A stretch of 64,000 nt of DNA from Podarcis liolepis (taxonomy: Eukaryota), in the NCBI GenBank assembly GCA_965112155.1, contig OZ218098.1; one strand, given 5' to 3'. The translations under genes and the position numbers were made by a program. This document shows, piece after piece, positions 23,801 to 35,236 of the stretch; the stretch's first letter is position 1; each line of letters starts with the position of its first letter. Below the pieces are notes generated by a model. It was not told the origin of the DNA and searched no databases. It saw only the letters and a program-made list of their open reading frames with translations.

Positions 23801-26800
23801 CCACCTCCCAAAGTACCTTTCCTGTTAAAAATGAGCCATTAGTCTATGTTTGCATACAGTTCAAAATAATAAGAATGTTTACTGTGCATACTGCGTATTT
23901 AAGTTAAAATGCCTACATCAGCTCTAGATTTTTTTTTATTACTAAAAATAACAACCCTGTACCATTTGGGACTTTCTATCTGAGGAGAAAAGGTGGCAGA
24001 AGATCTACCTACTGGGATCCTATTGTTCTGCAGACGTTACGTCCAAATTCTTATCCCGGTTTATAACTGAAGTCATGTTTTGGCCAATTCAGTATTAGAA
24101 AGTAGATTTACTCTTCAATAAAGCAAAGGATCGCCCAATTTGCAGTGACATCATACAATTTGCAGTGACATCATACATTTGACTGATTGCTGTGGAGATC
24201 AGTGTTATTGTTTGCCACATTGTTTGTTCTCAGACTGGTAGGAGCCATGGTTTTGACAATACAAGATTTGGATTGACCTTTTATGAATTGCTGTGGGGCT
24301 TGCTTTCCGAGCCATTTCTATCATGGTCTTTTAGGAAACGTAACCAGGGAAATGATTTTTATCTCTAGTTTACACAGAGCAGGGATAGCCAATGCGCTAC
24401 CTTCCAGATATCGTTAGACTCCATCTCCCATCATCCCTGATCCTTGTCCATGCTGACTGGGGCTGATGGGAACTGAAGTCCAAGAACATCTAAATGGCAC
24501 AACGTTAGCTACCCCTGACAGAGAGAAAAGAAATCATGTTACTAACTCAAGGCCACATAGGAAGTAGATTTGTGGAAGAGAATAAAAACATCATGCATGT
24601 TCTAATCCTTTAACTCAGTCCTGGAAGCTAGAAAGTGTTCATGCTTACAGACCCTCTTTAATTTTATTTTATAAAAATAATGTAACACTTGATTGTAAAA
24701 CAACAACAAAAACTACCTCAAGGTGGTTGTCTACCTATTTGGGTAAGGCTTGCCTAAACAAAAACACTTTTAGCAGGCGCTGAAAAGAGTACAGTGAAGA
24801 GACCTGTCTGATGTCAATAGTCAGAGAGTTCAAAAATGTAGGTGCTGCCACACCAAAAGATCAATTTTTTACAAATGCAAACCAGGTACAGTGGTGCCTC
24901 GCAAGACGAAATTAATTCGTTCTGCGAGTTTTTTCGTCTCGTGAATTTTTCGTCTTGCGAAGCACCTCTTCAAGCAATGCACCCTGGGTATTAACGGTTT
25001 TAAGAAAAAGGAAACAAACTTGCAAGATGTTTTCGTCTTGCAAAGCAAGCCCATAGGGAAATTTGTCTTGCGAAGCAACTCAAAAAACGAAAAACTCTTT
25101 CATCTTGCGAGGTATTCGTCTTGCGAGGTACCACTGTATTATGTGGCACCTGTAAACAGTGCCAGTTCTGCAGTTTGCAGTAGCCACATATTATTGCTAT
25201 TCATTCCTACATTCTGTAGTCCCACTGATTAACTAATTAGCGTAAACCAGCATTACACAGCAAAAGCAACTGGCACTTTTCATTGCATGTTCTACAGCCC
25301 CACCCAAACACACCTGTTTTTCTGTTCCTGCTCTAGCTGGGCTTCTTTCTGCAGCTGTTGCAGGTGACCTCGGGCTACCTCCAGCTCCCATTTGCTTCTC
25401 TCCAGTTGGTCCAGGAGATTGTCGTTCAAGATTTTCAGCCTCTCATTTTGCACCCGCATTTCCAGCTGCTCTGAGCTCTGGGACTGTAACTGATGTTCCA
25501 GCTAAAAATATGTAAGAAATCAAGATGAACAGATCTGAAAAACCAAAAGTACAAAGGCATCAGTAGCCAGTGTCTGCAAGCAGCTTTGAGCTGTAGGGGA
25601 GGCAGAATAAGAATATGTTAAATTAAAAAAAAGTTGTACAAAGGAAAACAGAAAGCAGAGCAATACATCTGTGAGGTTTTTTTAGCTGCAATGCATTCAA
25701 GTACATTAATAACGATAACATGTTAAGGACCTGAACCAATGGATTTAAGTTACTAGAAAGGAAATTCCAACTAAACATCAGGAAGAACTTTCTCACAGTA
25801 AGAACTGTTTGACAGTGGAAGCGATTCCCTTGGAAGGTGGTGAATTGGAGGTTTATAAGCAGAGGTTGGGGGGCCATCTGTCATGGATGCTTTAGCTGAG
25901 ATTCCTGCACTGCAGGGTACAGTAATTACCATGGTATCAATACCCCAAAGACCTTCTAGCTGCATTTTCATTCCCTATTGTGAAGTGGTCTTTTGTGGTC
26001 CTAATCTATATCCCTGTTGGTCACATGAGTGGATAACCTCAGAGTCATAGAATTGAAGAGTTGGAAGGGACCCTGAACTGAGAAAACCCATATGGGGGAA
26101 TTCTTAATCTCCTCTCTGTTGTTTTGCCCCAGCGTAACTGCTCTTTAGTTTTTAAACAACCCAGAGCAAATACTGACACTGACTTACCCAAACTGCACCA
26201 ATAACGCAAATTACACAGTGTTATCTCTCAGCCGCATTCCTATAAGAGGATATTATGGCATGATGATAACGTCATGTGCAAACAGAGCAGATGGCCTTCC
26301 TTGGGTTGGTGGAGGTGGAGTCACTTCTTTGGAGCTAAAACATGAATGGTGCTGGCATCACATACTAAGGTTGTGGGCCTTGGAGGTTAAAGGAGGACAC
26401 TGTGTGCTTTGCAAGTGGGGCAGCAAGCTAAAAGGGCCCTCACAGCTGAAGGTTTAAAATCCTGGAAGGAACTTGGCATCTCAGGCACAAGAGCCCAAAT
26501 CCAGCTCTAGCCCTGTACATGTGTAAGAAGCGATGACTTTGGTGTCAAAAGACACCGCCAGCCAGTTCAACGGGACCTGTGTAGACAATGCAGAGGGTAA
26601 AATCCAAATTCAAGCAAAAGAAACAAGGGGCACCCCCTCCAAGTCACCTTTTTCTGGTGGTATAGCATCTTCTCAAATTCTTGTTCTTTGCTCTGCAGCT
26701 CTTTCTGAAGCAAGCTGCTCTTCTCATGCTTCACTGATCCCTGCAAAAAGCAGATAAATTGGTGCTTTTCCTTTTTTTCTTCACTCCAACGTTCAGCATA

Positions 26801-29800
26801 AAAATAAATCTCCAGCACTTTGCAAGGATGTGGCTCATTGATTTAGCAACTGAGCTCAGTGTCCAGCTCAGGCATCCTGAGAGTGAAGGAATGATGTGTT
26901 TACCTGGTTCAGCAGCCGTTCCCTTTCTGCTTTGATTTGTTGCTCCATTTCTTCATAAAGGCACCTGATTTCGCGGTCATGGTCTACCTCCCTTCTAAAA
27001 GCACAGAGCAAGAGGGATGAAATGCAAGGAACAGATACAGTGTAAAGACAAAGTGGGAGGAGGGGGGAGATTGGGGGGAGGGGGAGAGAGAGAGAATTAC
27101 CTCTCCACTGAGAGAAAATAAATACGTCTCAGCTAACATAAGATGTGCTGTCTCACTTTTCAGGAACTTGAGTATTGATATGGAAATCCTCTGGCACTAG
27201 GGGGCGCCAGAAAGGCTTAAAAAGCTGCACATTGAGAACATTTTCTCAGGAAACTTTTGCTACCCAACTGCTCATGCTGCTTAAGGTTAGACTAAGTCTG
27301 TGTACACATTACTAGCTTAAAAAGCAGCTAGTCTGTTCTTTTCCCCAATCTGGGTTGAAGCTGGGGAAGGTTTTGGGGGTTTTTTTGGAGAGGGGGCGTT
27401 GTGGGAAAACATATCAAAACAGTATTTCAAAAGCAATGACAGGATAAGTACCAGATGGAAGTGGATCGTGGCTAACACTGTGTGTACACCGCTTCCTAAA
27501 CTAGTGGTGGAAGCACACTGGATACAGACAAAATTTTAGTGTGTGCACAGCCTGTTTGCTGCAGGTGTGATTGGGTTATAGAGGAAGAAAATATTCACAG
27601 AGTAATAGGTCCTGTTGAAGGCATTTGGACACTTCCACCTCCTTCTTTGGCATTCACAAATCCTCTTGTGGATGCTGAGTGAAACTTTCCCTCCCACTTA
27701 CAGCATCCTAAGACTGCATTGCACTTTCTATGGCATAGTCACATGCCATCCAGAAACTGCTTACCGTTTCAACGCCTGCTCAATCGATTCCTTCTCGTGA
27801 TGTATGTCCCTGACATATGAGGAAATGTGGAAGAGAAATTCTTCAAAACTGGTTAGGAGTTCTGGCTTTTCTTTCCGGAGTTGAGCCCAGAGCTCCTGAA
27901 CCTCGTTCTGACTGGAGCAAAGACAAACAGTAAAGTTTATCAGCTTGAGAGTAATAGATAAGCATAGTCCTTGCACCAAACAGGCTATAAAGAACTTATT
28001 TTAAAGTACTTTGTAGTTAAGCCTCCTAGTCATCCCTCCCTGAGATGAGAAAATCCAGGAAATAAGACGTCAAAAGTCCTCATCTTAAAAAGTAAAGATG
28101 CATGTGAACATGTATACACTGTTGGAGAATCTCTTCCCCCATGTGATTTTGTCCGAGCCTTATTATGCTCCTAATACACCCATCCCTTTCTACTAGTCCA
28201 CTGCTACTCATGCTAGTCCCAACATCATCTGGAAGACCACAGGTTCCCCATTCCTGTTGTAGCAGTGCAGCCCAGGAAAACATAGCACAAGCATATTAAT
28301 GAAGAGGACATGATAGATAGAAAGGGTCAAAGCAATGCTTCTGCGAAACAAGTTTCCTAAAGATAGCAACAGCAATCGTAATACAGTGGTACCTTGGTTT
28401 ACGAACTTAATCCGTTCTTAAACCAAGGCGTGCTTTCCCATAGCAGCGTGGGACTCAATTTACAAATGGAACACACTCAACAGGAAGCGGAACATGTTCT
28501 ACTTCCAAGGCAAAATTCACAAACCAAAACACCTACTTCTGGGTTTGCAGTGTTCATAAACTAAGCTGTTCTTAAACCAAAGTACCACTGTAATAAACAT
28601 GCACAGGTTGGAAAGTTCCAACTTACTCTTCAAAGACCTGGGATGCTTCGAGCTGCTCCAACATGGAGCAAAACCTCTTCTCTTCCTCTTCCTGGTCCAA
28701 GTCATCTGACCAGCCTGACTCAAAAGTCTCCTCGTGCCTGGTGCTTCCAGAGCTCTCATACTGCTCAATCCCTATGAACTTGCCTAGTCAGTGGAATGAG
28801 AAAAACAAAGGACTATAAGATCTCTCTAATCCCAGGTATGGCTTGCATCAGTGTTTGAAGGGGAGAGAGCTTGTGAAATCCACAAGCTCCATATCAGACC
28901 CCTTCCACCTTTAGCCAAATCAGGGCAACAGTAAAAATTAAAAGAACTGGAACTGGTCCACTTCAAACACAGAACCATGGTTCACTTCTGTAATGAAGGA
29001 AGGAAGCTCTTCACATGCTCAAAGGCACTCTCTGCATTACTCCATGTCACTTTCGTTATTTCAAATGTTCCAAGGGTAAGCCGTTCCACTCAAAACAGGT
29101 TCAAGGACTGCGTCCTGGACTTTAAACAATGCATTTACCATGGAGTTCTATACATGTCTACTCAGAAATGAGCCCCACCTGAATTCAATGGGTCTTACTT
29201 CTAGGTAACGGATCAGGGCCAGATTCATACATGCTGAGGCTCTAAACAATGCCAAGTTTAAGAGACTTCCATAGTGTTACCCTCCCCCCCAAAATGTGTA
29301 ACTTCTAACAGAAAGGACAATAAAAACAGAAATAAAAATTAAAGTTTTATATTTGCATACGGACTGGTACATAGGGGAGGGTAAAACTAAAAAATAACCA
29401 TCTGACTAAAACATATATTGCAATAAGCTTCTCTTTATAGAAAACACCTTTAAATTAAAATGCCTTATGGTTTCTTACTTTGCCCATATGAAGACTTTTA
29501 ATGCACAGCAGCACAATATCTGTCACACTTTAGAACTTACTAAATGAAAAAGGCAATACAGCCTGATACACAGCCCTCCCCAACCCATCATTGGTTTGAT
29601 CCATTAAAGTATGGTTGTTTTAAGAGTTAACCACTCTGGCCTTAGAGACTGGGAACTGGCACAATTGCACAATGTCAATACAGGTCGGTCCAATTCCAGA
29701 TGTTACCCACTGAGCTTTAGGACACCACGACATTTATGGCTTGTGCAAAACACACTACGAACATGACTGTGTTCTAGTTCAAATAAGAGCCTGCCGTTAC

Positions 29801-32800
29801 CTTCTTGCCTAACTCCCCACTCCTGATAGCTTTGATCAGCACTCTTCCTGGAATCTTCGTCAGATTCCTGGAACTGTTGACTTAAAGCTGTTTTCTTAAG
29901 GAGAAAAAAGGAACTTGGCTTCTTCTAATCAGCACAGGGCCATAGAAAAGCCAGAAAAACCTCTGCTCTCCCTCATGCAGCTCATACTTGGCAAAACAGC
30001 TTTGGCTACACTTTGCTGCAGGTGGATCTCTCTGCGGTGGCTGCTGCACAATGTCTCCACAGGAGCTGCGTGCTTGAGCGCTGAACTGGAAGCATTGGAA
30101 AGAGCCTTCTCAGCAGAGACAGTGAGTGTATGGCATGATATAGCCCCACCTCAGCATTGCTCACCAGTAGGGTGGGTGCACGTTCCACAATCATGCTGTG
30201 CAAGCATGAAATCTGGTGCAATATACAGGAATTCACTACTCCAAGAACTGCACTTTTGGAGATAAGTTTGAAAGCATGTATGGCAAAGACAGCCCCAGAA
30301 GCTGCACATCATTCTCATATATATGTGTGTGTGCGTGCATGCGCATGCGCGCACGCCTGCTTTATATCTAGCAAAAATAACTTTTGCCATGTAGGAGTAT
30401 TGCACTGGCTTGAATCTGGTCCCTGGGTTTCTATCTCAATACCACAGTTCCTTAATTCTCTGCAGTTGCCTTGGCTGCCTAATATACGGTAAACTGCCAG
30501 TATTCCAAGGAAGGAAAATATTTATGTTAAGAACACAGGAAGCTGCCTTATACTGTATCAGACTCACTGGTCCATCTAGGTCAGTACTGTCTACACTGAC
30601 TGGCAGCAGCGCTCCAGGGTTTTCGGCAAGAAACCTCTCCCAGTCCTACCTGGAGATGCTGGGGATTGAATTTGTGGCCCTCTGCATGCAAGGCAGAAAC
30701 TCTACCACTGAGCTAAGGCCATTTTTCCCATTCTGCCCACTGCCCACATACATGCTAAGCAACAGCAGTTGTCATTTTCTCCATATAGCCACTGAGCTTC
30801 ACACTCTCTCGTTCCTCTTACCTAGTCCCATACTGAATTCGACTGGCGTGAGATACCCATTATTGTCTTGCTCTAGGCTGTCAAAAACAGATTCTAGTTG
30901 TTCGGGAGTGAGAGGAAGTTCACTTTGTAGCCGCTGTGAAGGAGGAGGAAAAAGAAAGGACAGACCATTATAACCACAAGAAAAAACTTCCATTCATCCT
31001 ATTTTCCCAGCTCCCTTCACTGTTGCTGCCACAAGTGGCCAGATTCAAAGTGTGCAAGTTGCAAATTCTTAATCTGAGCCCAAACCCAGAAAAAGGTGAC
31101 CTGAGGAAAGGAGGAATTCCTGACAGGCAAAGAGAAGAGACATTTCTGCATAACACATGTGAATGCCTTGTGTTATGTAGTGTAGTTTCACCCTGGGCCA
31201 ACAGGGGGATACTGTATATAGTTTTCACTCAGGTCCGCGGCAGTTATTTTAGGCGGGAACTCTGGGCTGTTGTGGTTACAATGTTGACAGCCGGCTGCCT
31301 ATAAATACAGGCCGGCTGAGCTGTTCGCAGTCAGTTCTATTCCAGCTTACCATAATAAAGAGCTACTTGAAGAAATCGCTGTGCCGGCTGCTATGTCAAC
31401 CCACGACTTAACACCTTGCATTCAAGGTTGCTGACAAAATGCACTTTCATGACACAACACTAGTCTTCCCATTCAGAATAGCCACATAATTCAGCTTCTG
31501 AAGGGACTGTGCCACTTCAAAATTCAAGTGTTGGTTGCAAGATCAATTGTTCAACCATATTAAAAAACAAACCTGCTTGTGAAGGGCGGCCCTACTGTTA
31601 GGAAGGATGAGGCAGCTGCCTCAAGGAGCAAATGCTGGGGGACAGCAGTGCAATTCCCGACTGTTCCTCCTGTGTCCCCCTGCCATTCTCCTCCTGCGGC
31701 ATGGCCGGTCCTGCTCCACCTCCACAAACAAACAAAAACATTCTAGCTCATGGCTTGGGTGCATGGTAGGAGGGAAAGCTTCTACTGAACATACAGATTG
31801 GGTCAGAGGTTGCTGCACCCCCCTCAAGACATTGATTTTTCACCCTTGCCAAACTCAAGTCAATGAGCATTGGAGCTTGTTGAGAGCTCAAGCCATTCTC
31901 CATAAGAAGGCAACAGAAGTCTGTGAAGTCCAAGCTCATAATAAGGAAAGGAGTGGTGCAAAGACGATGTTTTGGTACAAGACAATATATCTGTGTCCAT
32001 CAGGACAGATACTGCAAGTGCTTCTGTTAACAGGTGTGTGTACAAAATCTGGCATTACATAATTTATTGCACAACTCACTGGGGAAACCAGCTCTTGCTT
32101 AATAAGCGTGAAACAGGATAAATTCGCCGAGTGACCTCAGGGGCTCTGGGAGCTTTAACGGTTGTACAAAAGAAGGGAATTCAGCAGGTGGAAGTTTGCA
32201 GGTCAAACTCCACCTGCAGACATTCTTTCTTCTACAGAACTCTTGCAAAGGTGCAAGAAACCTGCCCTCCTTTTTCACCTTGCTACCCTAAACCAAAGAT
32301 GGGCACAGAGTGAGATCTGGATCTGGTGGTAGATGCCCGAGTGATTTACAGTTTTGTTTTTAACAAAAGCAATAAAATGGCCCAGGGCCAGCCCAATATA
32401 TTTTGCAGTCTCAGACAAGGACAAGCTACCCCCATTCTAGAAGCCAAGTGGACTGGCAGGTGAAAGTTACTCCAACACCAACAAGCGGATAGTGTCCTCC
32501 GTATCACCTGAGGGAAGCAGACCAGTTTGGGAGGAGCAGGACAAGCTCTGCCCTCCAATAGAGGGCGAATGGTGCACTCACTAGCTCCCTCACTCAGCCT
32601 GACGATATGATTTCTTTATAATACATATTGCCTGCCCTTCAATCAGAAGGTTGTAGGGTGAGTCGCAGCATGTAACAACAGAAAACATGCACAATACAAT
32701 CAAAAGAGCAACAAACATAACATAAGCAACTACCCACAACAATAATTCAAGCACAGGGTTGAACTCCCTCATCCAGAAGTCATCAGCCAAGGGGACCAAC

Positions 32801-33876
32801 GCAGTTTTGGTACCATGTCCAGCACACTTGCCACTTCAGGTGAAACAGGAAGTACTGCCCTGCTGCCTTTACTGTTGGCACAGATTTCGGGTGAGATTCT
32901 GGCAATTTCTAGAGAAATCTCGCTGAAATTGCAGAAGAGCTCATGTGCTCTGCAAGATCTTACATGATTTTGGTGAGATCTTGCCAGAAATTGGTGCAAT
33001 CTTACCCAAAATCGTTGCCGGTGCTGCTTCTCTGCTGGCAACCTCACCTAACGGCTGTGCCAGCCCTGATGTCCAGGCCTGAAGCCAAACTGAAATGGCA
33101 GCAGGTCTGAGGCTGGGTCACTATCGCCCTGTTGAGCATAGGGTAGGGAATTTTGTGTCTGGATGATAGGTGCTTAGCGCTTTGCTCAAGCAATAGTCAT
33201 TCAGCATAGCCTTTGAAGGAGAAACAGTAGATCAGGGGCATGAGAGCAAAGGGGCCTCTACATTTCTAATAGCTGTGTGGAAGAAGGAACTTTTGGGCAG
33301 GAGCTTTCATGACAGGTTGCACCTGCCAGAAATTCCACACTGCTGTGAAAGATACAGGATCCCTTGTCCTCCCTGGCATTTCATCACGCTAAGATAGAGA
33401 AGGAATGGAAGTACAGAGAGAGCAAATTTCACAGCAGCAGCAACAGCAGCCCCTGATGTGTCAGCAGGAGTTTTCAAGTCTTACACACACACACCCTTAA
33501 CACACACACACACATTATAGACTTCTGATATCAGTGGGATGTTGATGAAATCTCTCTCCAGCACAATGGTAAATGAAATCTACACATGGCAGTACATTGC
33601 TCATAGGTGGCAGTTCAGGAAAGCAAGAGCTTTTCCTCTGCAAAGGAGGTGGCCACAGTCAATTTTCCTGCTTACCTGCATGTCCAGCTTGGTGATAAAG
33701 CCCTTCTCCTCCTTGTCACAGAGCCTGAAGAGCTCCCTCGCCTTCTCCAGCATCTCCACCTGCATGTTTCCCACATCATTCAAGCAGAGAGTGGAAGAGA
33801 TGCCTGAGGCTGCTCCATCCTCTTCCTTGTCCTCCGCATGGGAACTTTCAGAGAGTTCTTCCCCAGGTCTTTCCAT
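8778..33876 (-). CDS. CRACR2B: CRACR2B/EFCAB4A long form, 17 coding exons, 696 aa: EF-hand pair + coiled coil + linker + Rab GTPase domain
   Basis: Hand-spliced exons 33676-33876, 30822-30933, 28627-28783, 27765-27911, 26904-26994, 26648-26740, 25314-25501, 23441-23512, 22978-23032, 18330-18409, 17216-17507, 15861-15996, 14785-14866, 12044-12158, 11127-11234, 10340-10416, 8778-8862. All introns GT-AG with matching phases; total 2091 nt = 696 aa + TAA. CRACR2-family motifs ([30 protein letters not shown]). Position directly downstream of PNPLA2 indicates the B paralogue. Confidence 0.9.
9902..10033. mobile_element. Short palindromic hAT-derived MITE (abundant family in this window)
   Basis: CAG...CTG ends, TSD CTCTATGG/CTGTATGG. 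Related copies near 6690-6765, 7605-7710, 24380-24517, 28190-28255, 38258-38360, 53909-54036, 60196-60262. Confidence 0.75.
10340..10416 (-). CDS. CRACR2B: CRACR2B coding exon 16 (Rab G5)
   Basis: [25 protein letters not shown](R); tttgcag| and AG|GTCTGT. Confidence 0.92.
11127..11234 (-). CDS. CRACR2B: CRACR2B coding exon 15 (Rab G4)
   Basis: [36 protein letters not shown]; cttcag| and AAG|GTCTGG. Confidence 0.92.
12044..12158 (-). CDS. CRACR2B: CRACR2B coding exon 14 (RabF3-F5)
   Basis: [38 protein letters not shown]; cattag| and CAG|GTCAGA. Confidence 0.93.
13644..14283. mobile_element. Non-autonomous hAT-type DNA transposon with long internal palindrome
   Basis: TIRs TATGGTTACCAGA / TCTGGTAACCCTA; perfect 8-bp TSD GGCTAGAG (13636-13643/14284-14291). 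Confidence 0.88.
14785..14866 (-). CDS. CRACR2B: CRACR2B coding exon 13 (Rab G3)
   Basis: [27 protein letters not shown](R); cctgcag| and AG|GTAAAG. Confidence 0.95.
15861..15996 (-). CDS. CRACR2B: CRACR2B coding exon 12 (Rab G1 P-loop, G2)
   Basis: [45 protein letters not shown](G); missed by the ORF track; catccag| and G|GTAACT. Confidence 0.95.
17216..17507 (-). CDS. CRACR2B: CRACR2B coding exon 11 (long form linker)
   Basis: [14 protein letters not shown]...[15 protein letters not shown]; the end resembles the SPRGQPVGKE motif before the CRACR2A-L Rab domain; gcacag| and GTG|GTGAG. Confidence 0.82.
18330..18409 (-). CDS. CRACR2B: CRACR2B coding exon 10 (long form linker)
   Basis: [26 protein letters not shown]; a GSxIGKY motif is recalled from CRACR2A-L; ttttcag| and CG|GTCAGA; phase fits exon 11. 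Confidence 0.8.
20800..20826. repeat. (TG)n(CG)n microsatellite
   Basis: GTGTGTGTGTGTGTGTGTGCGCGCGCA read directly. Confidence 0.9.
22876..22977 (-). CDS. CRACR2B: Alternative short-isoform C-terminus of CRACR2B (read-through of exon 9 donor; 405-aa product)
   Basis: Frame stays open past the donor: [33 protein letters not shown]-stop. Resembles the Cys-run tail I recall for human CRACR2B. Confidence 0.65.
   Translation of the reverse strand, partial: VSLRKKILIPRRLPFAACCCCHHLGSFHLQGGH
22978..23032 (-). CDS. CRACR2B: CRACR2B coding exon 9 (last exon shared by long and short forms)
   Basis: [18 protein letters not shown]; gagcag| and CTG|GTTAGT. Confidence 0.92.
23441..23512 (-). CDS. CRACR2B: CRACR2B coding exon 8
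   Basis: [23 protein letters not shown]; tctag| and AG|GTAAAG. Confidence 0.92.
24889..25136. mobile_element. Tc1/mariner (Tigger-like) MITE
   Basis: 22-bp TIRs CAGTGGT(G/A)CCTCGCAAGACGAA, TA target duplication; nested in an L2-like fragment. Confidence 0.9.
25314..25501 (-). CDS. CRACR2B: CRACR2B coding exon 7 (coiled coil)
   Basis: [62 protein letters not shown]; tttttag| and AG|GTGTG. Confidence 0.9.
25727..25965 (+). mobile_element. CR1 LINE 3' fragment
   Basis: AATGGATTTAAGTTAC...CTAAACATCAGGAAGAACTTTCTCACAGTAAGA, end of CR1 ORF2 plus 3'UTR. Confidence 0.78.
26648..26740 (-). CDS. CRACR2B: CRACR2B coding exon 6 (coiled coil)
   Basis: [31 protein letters not shown]; tttgcag| and AAG|GTGAC. 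Confidence 0.9.
26904..26994 (-). CDS. CRACR2B: CRACR2B coding exon 5 (coiled coil)
   Basis: [30 protein letters not shown]; ttttag| and CAG|GTAAA. Confidence 0.93.
27765..27911 (-). CDS. CRACR2B: CRACR2B coding exon 4
   Basis: [49 protein letters not shown]; ctccag| and CG|GTAAG. Confidence 0.93.
28384..28590. mobile_element. Tc1/mariner (Tigger-like) MITE
   Basis: TA-CAGTGGTACCTTGGTTTA ... TAAACCAAAGTACCACTG-TA. Confidence 0.88.
28627..28783 (-). CDS. CRACR2B: CRACR2B coding exon 3
   Basis: [52 protein letters not shown]; this frame is not in the ORF track; actag| and GA|GTAAGT. Confidence 0.9.
30527..30720 (-). mobile_element. tRNA-derived SINE (Squam3-like)
   Basis: Minus-strand A box TAGCTCAGTGG and B-box-like AATTCAATCC, followed by a LINE-like tail; related to 49318-49506. 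Confidence 0.75.
30822..30933 (-). CDS. CRACR2B: CRACR2B coding exon 2 (EF-hand 2)
   Basis: [37 protein letters not shown]; ttcacag| and G|GTAAG. Confidence 0.93.
31171..31413 (+). mobile_element. Solo LTR (243 bp)
   Basis: TGTTA...TAACA termini, 5-bp TSD CCTTG (31166-31170/31414-31418), TATAAATA 31300-31307, AATAAA 31354-31359. Confidence 0.85.
33676..33876 (-). CDS. CRACR2B: CRACR2B coding exon 1 (start to EF-hand 1)
   Basis: ATG at 33876 (MERPGEEL...[26 protein letters not shown]); donor CAG|GTAAG; acceptor tttgcag puts the exon start at 33920, leaving a short 5'UTR part. Confidence 0.88.
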
Positions 33877-35074
33877 TGCTTCAAATGACCATTTACTCGC
33901 AGGGACTGGAGTGCATCTAACTGCAAATATAAGGCATTCTTCTTCAAAAAGCAATGTTGGATTGAGTTGTTTAGACTCCTCAAAATACTGGCCTGATTCA
34001 CAAGTACCATTAAGCCATAGTTTAAAATCAACTATGGCTTAACACAAATGAGGAGTGTGCTGGTAGGTGCAGCCAATGCAATGCTTCCTTCAACCCTCCA
34101 CTGTTTCCGTGCCACCAAGAAATAAGCCGGAGTCCAGCTTGTGGTGATGTCTCCATAGAAGCCAAAATTTGTTCTTGACTTAACACTCACAGTTTATATC
34201 AAGAGAAACAAGCGAGGAGCCTGGGTTCAGAGGTCACAATAAGCTAGACTCTGGCATGTTCTGTCTGTAGCATAGCGGCAGTAGCAGCAAGAGGAGCAGG
34301 GGAGGAATGAAATAAGCACTGTATTAGCTGCACCCACCAGCTCACCTTGCTCACTTGTGTTTATTAAGTGGGAACCAGCTGATTGAGTGAAAGGCCACCA
34401 TCATGCTCCCAAGTAATATGCCTTGTTGAATATGAAACAAAGGACTGGGATTACCCCATTGCTATTACTGAAAGACAATAGAGAAGGGAAATTGACGTCT
34501 AGTAACAATGGGATTAACATGCGATTTTCTCACAGAAACCTGCATTTCAAAAGCAAAGGGCAGCTGACAGCTTTCTTGAAAGAACAGGACTGAGTGCCCC
34601 TGAGCATTATGGGTAGAGGCCTACCCAAACCCCCTCTTTTTATACTTGCTTTATATTTCTGTAAAATGAAAATTCTCCGTCAGCAGCTGTGGGCTGCCAA
34701 GAGAAGAAAAGCATTAAGCAAGATGAGATCACCACAGAATCTAATTAGGAGAAGATAGGACAGGGAAGAGCCAAGACCCTCCTAATTGGCAATGGTGATA
34801 CAAAGGAATATAAAGTAGGCAGCCATGTTGGGATGAGCACAAAGGTTGAATCCTCCCTGTCCAGCCCAGAACCCTGACAGGGATGCAGACTGGTCCCCTC
34901 CTGGATCATCAGATTTGTCACTTGGTGAGAAAGGAGGGGTTGATTGGCTCCCGCTGCATGTGCTCAATAATGTGCTGGTGGCTGCACCCGTTGCTTTCAT
35001 GCAGCTCCCAGGCCAAAAATGATTAGTTGCCCCCTGAAATAAGCACACATTTTTGGACTTTTAGATTAGCCAGT

Positions 35075-35190
35075 CTTTTGTTTAGGGAAGTTGTTAATGT
35101 TTGATGTTTTATAATGTTTTTAAGATTCTGTTGGGAGCCGCCCAGAGTGGCTGGGGAGGCCCGGCCAGATGGGCTGGGTATAAGCAATAA

Positions 35191-35236
<46 letters not shown>
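35075..35236 (+). mobile_element. L2-like LINE 3' end with (ATT)n microsatellite tail
   Basis: GGGAGCCGCCCAGAGTGGCTGGGG...AATAAA followed by about 15 ATT units. Confidence 0.78.

Noticed and set aside
30640-30720. tRNA gene
   Set aside because: A/B boxes belong to a SINE head that continues into a SINE body; no full cloverleaf.
8778-33876. Calling the gene CRACR2A (RAB46), RASEF or RAB44
   Set aside because: The domain layout is similar, but adjacency to PNPLA2, the EETFESG-containing exon and the Cys-run read-through tail fit CRACR2B. A phylogeny is still needed.
33539-34042. 167-aa plus-strand ORF
   Set aside because: Antisense shadow of CRACR2B coding exon 1.
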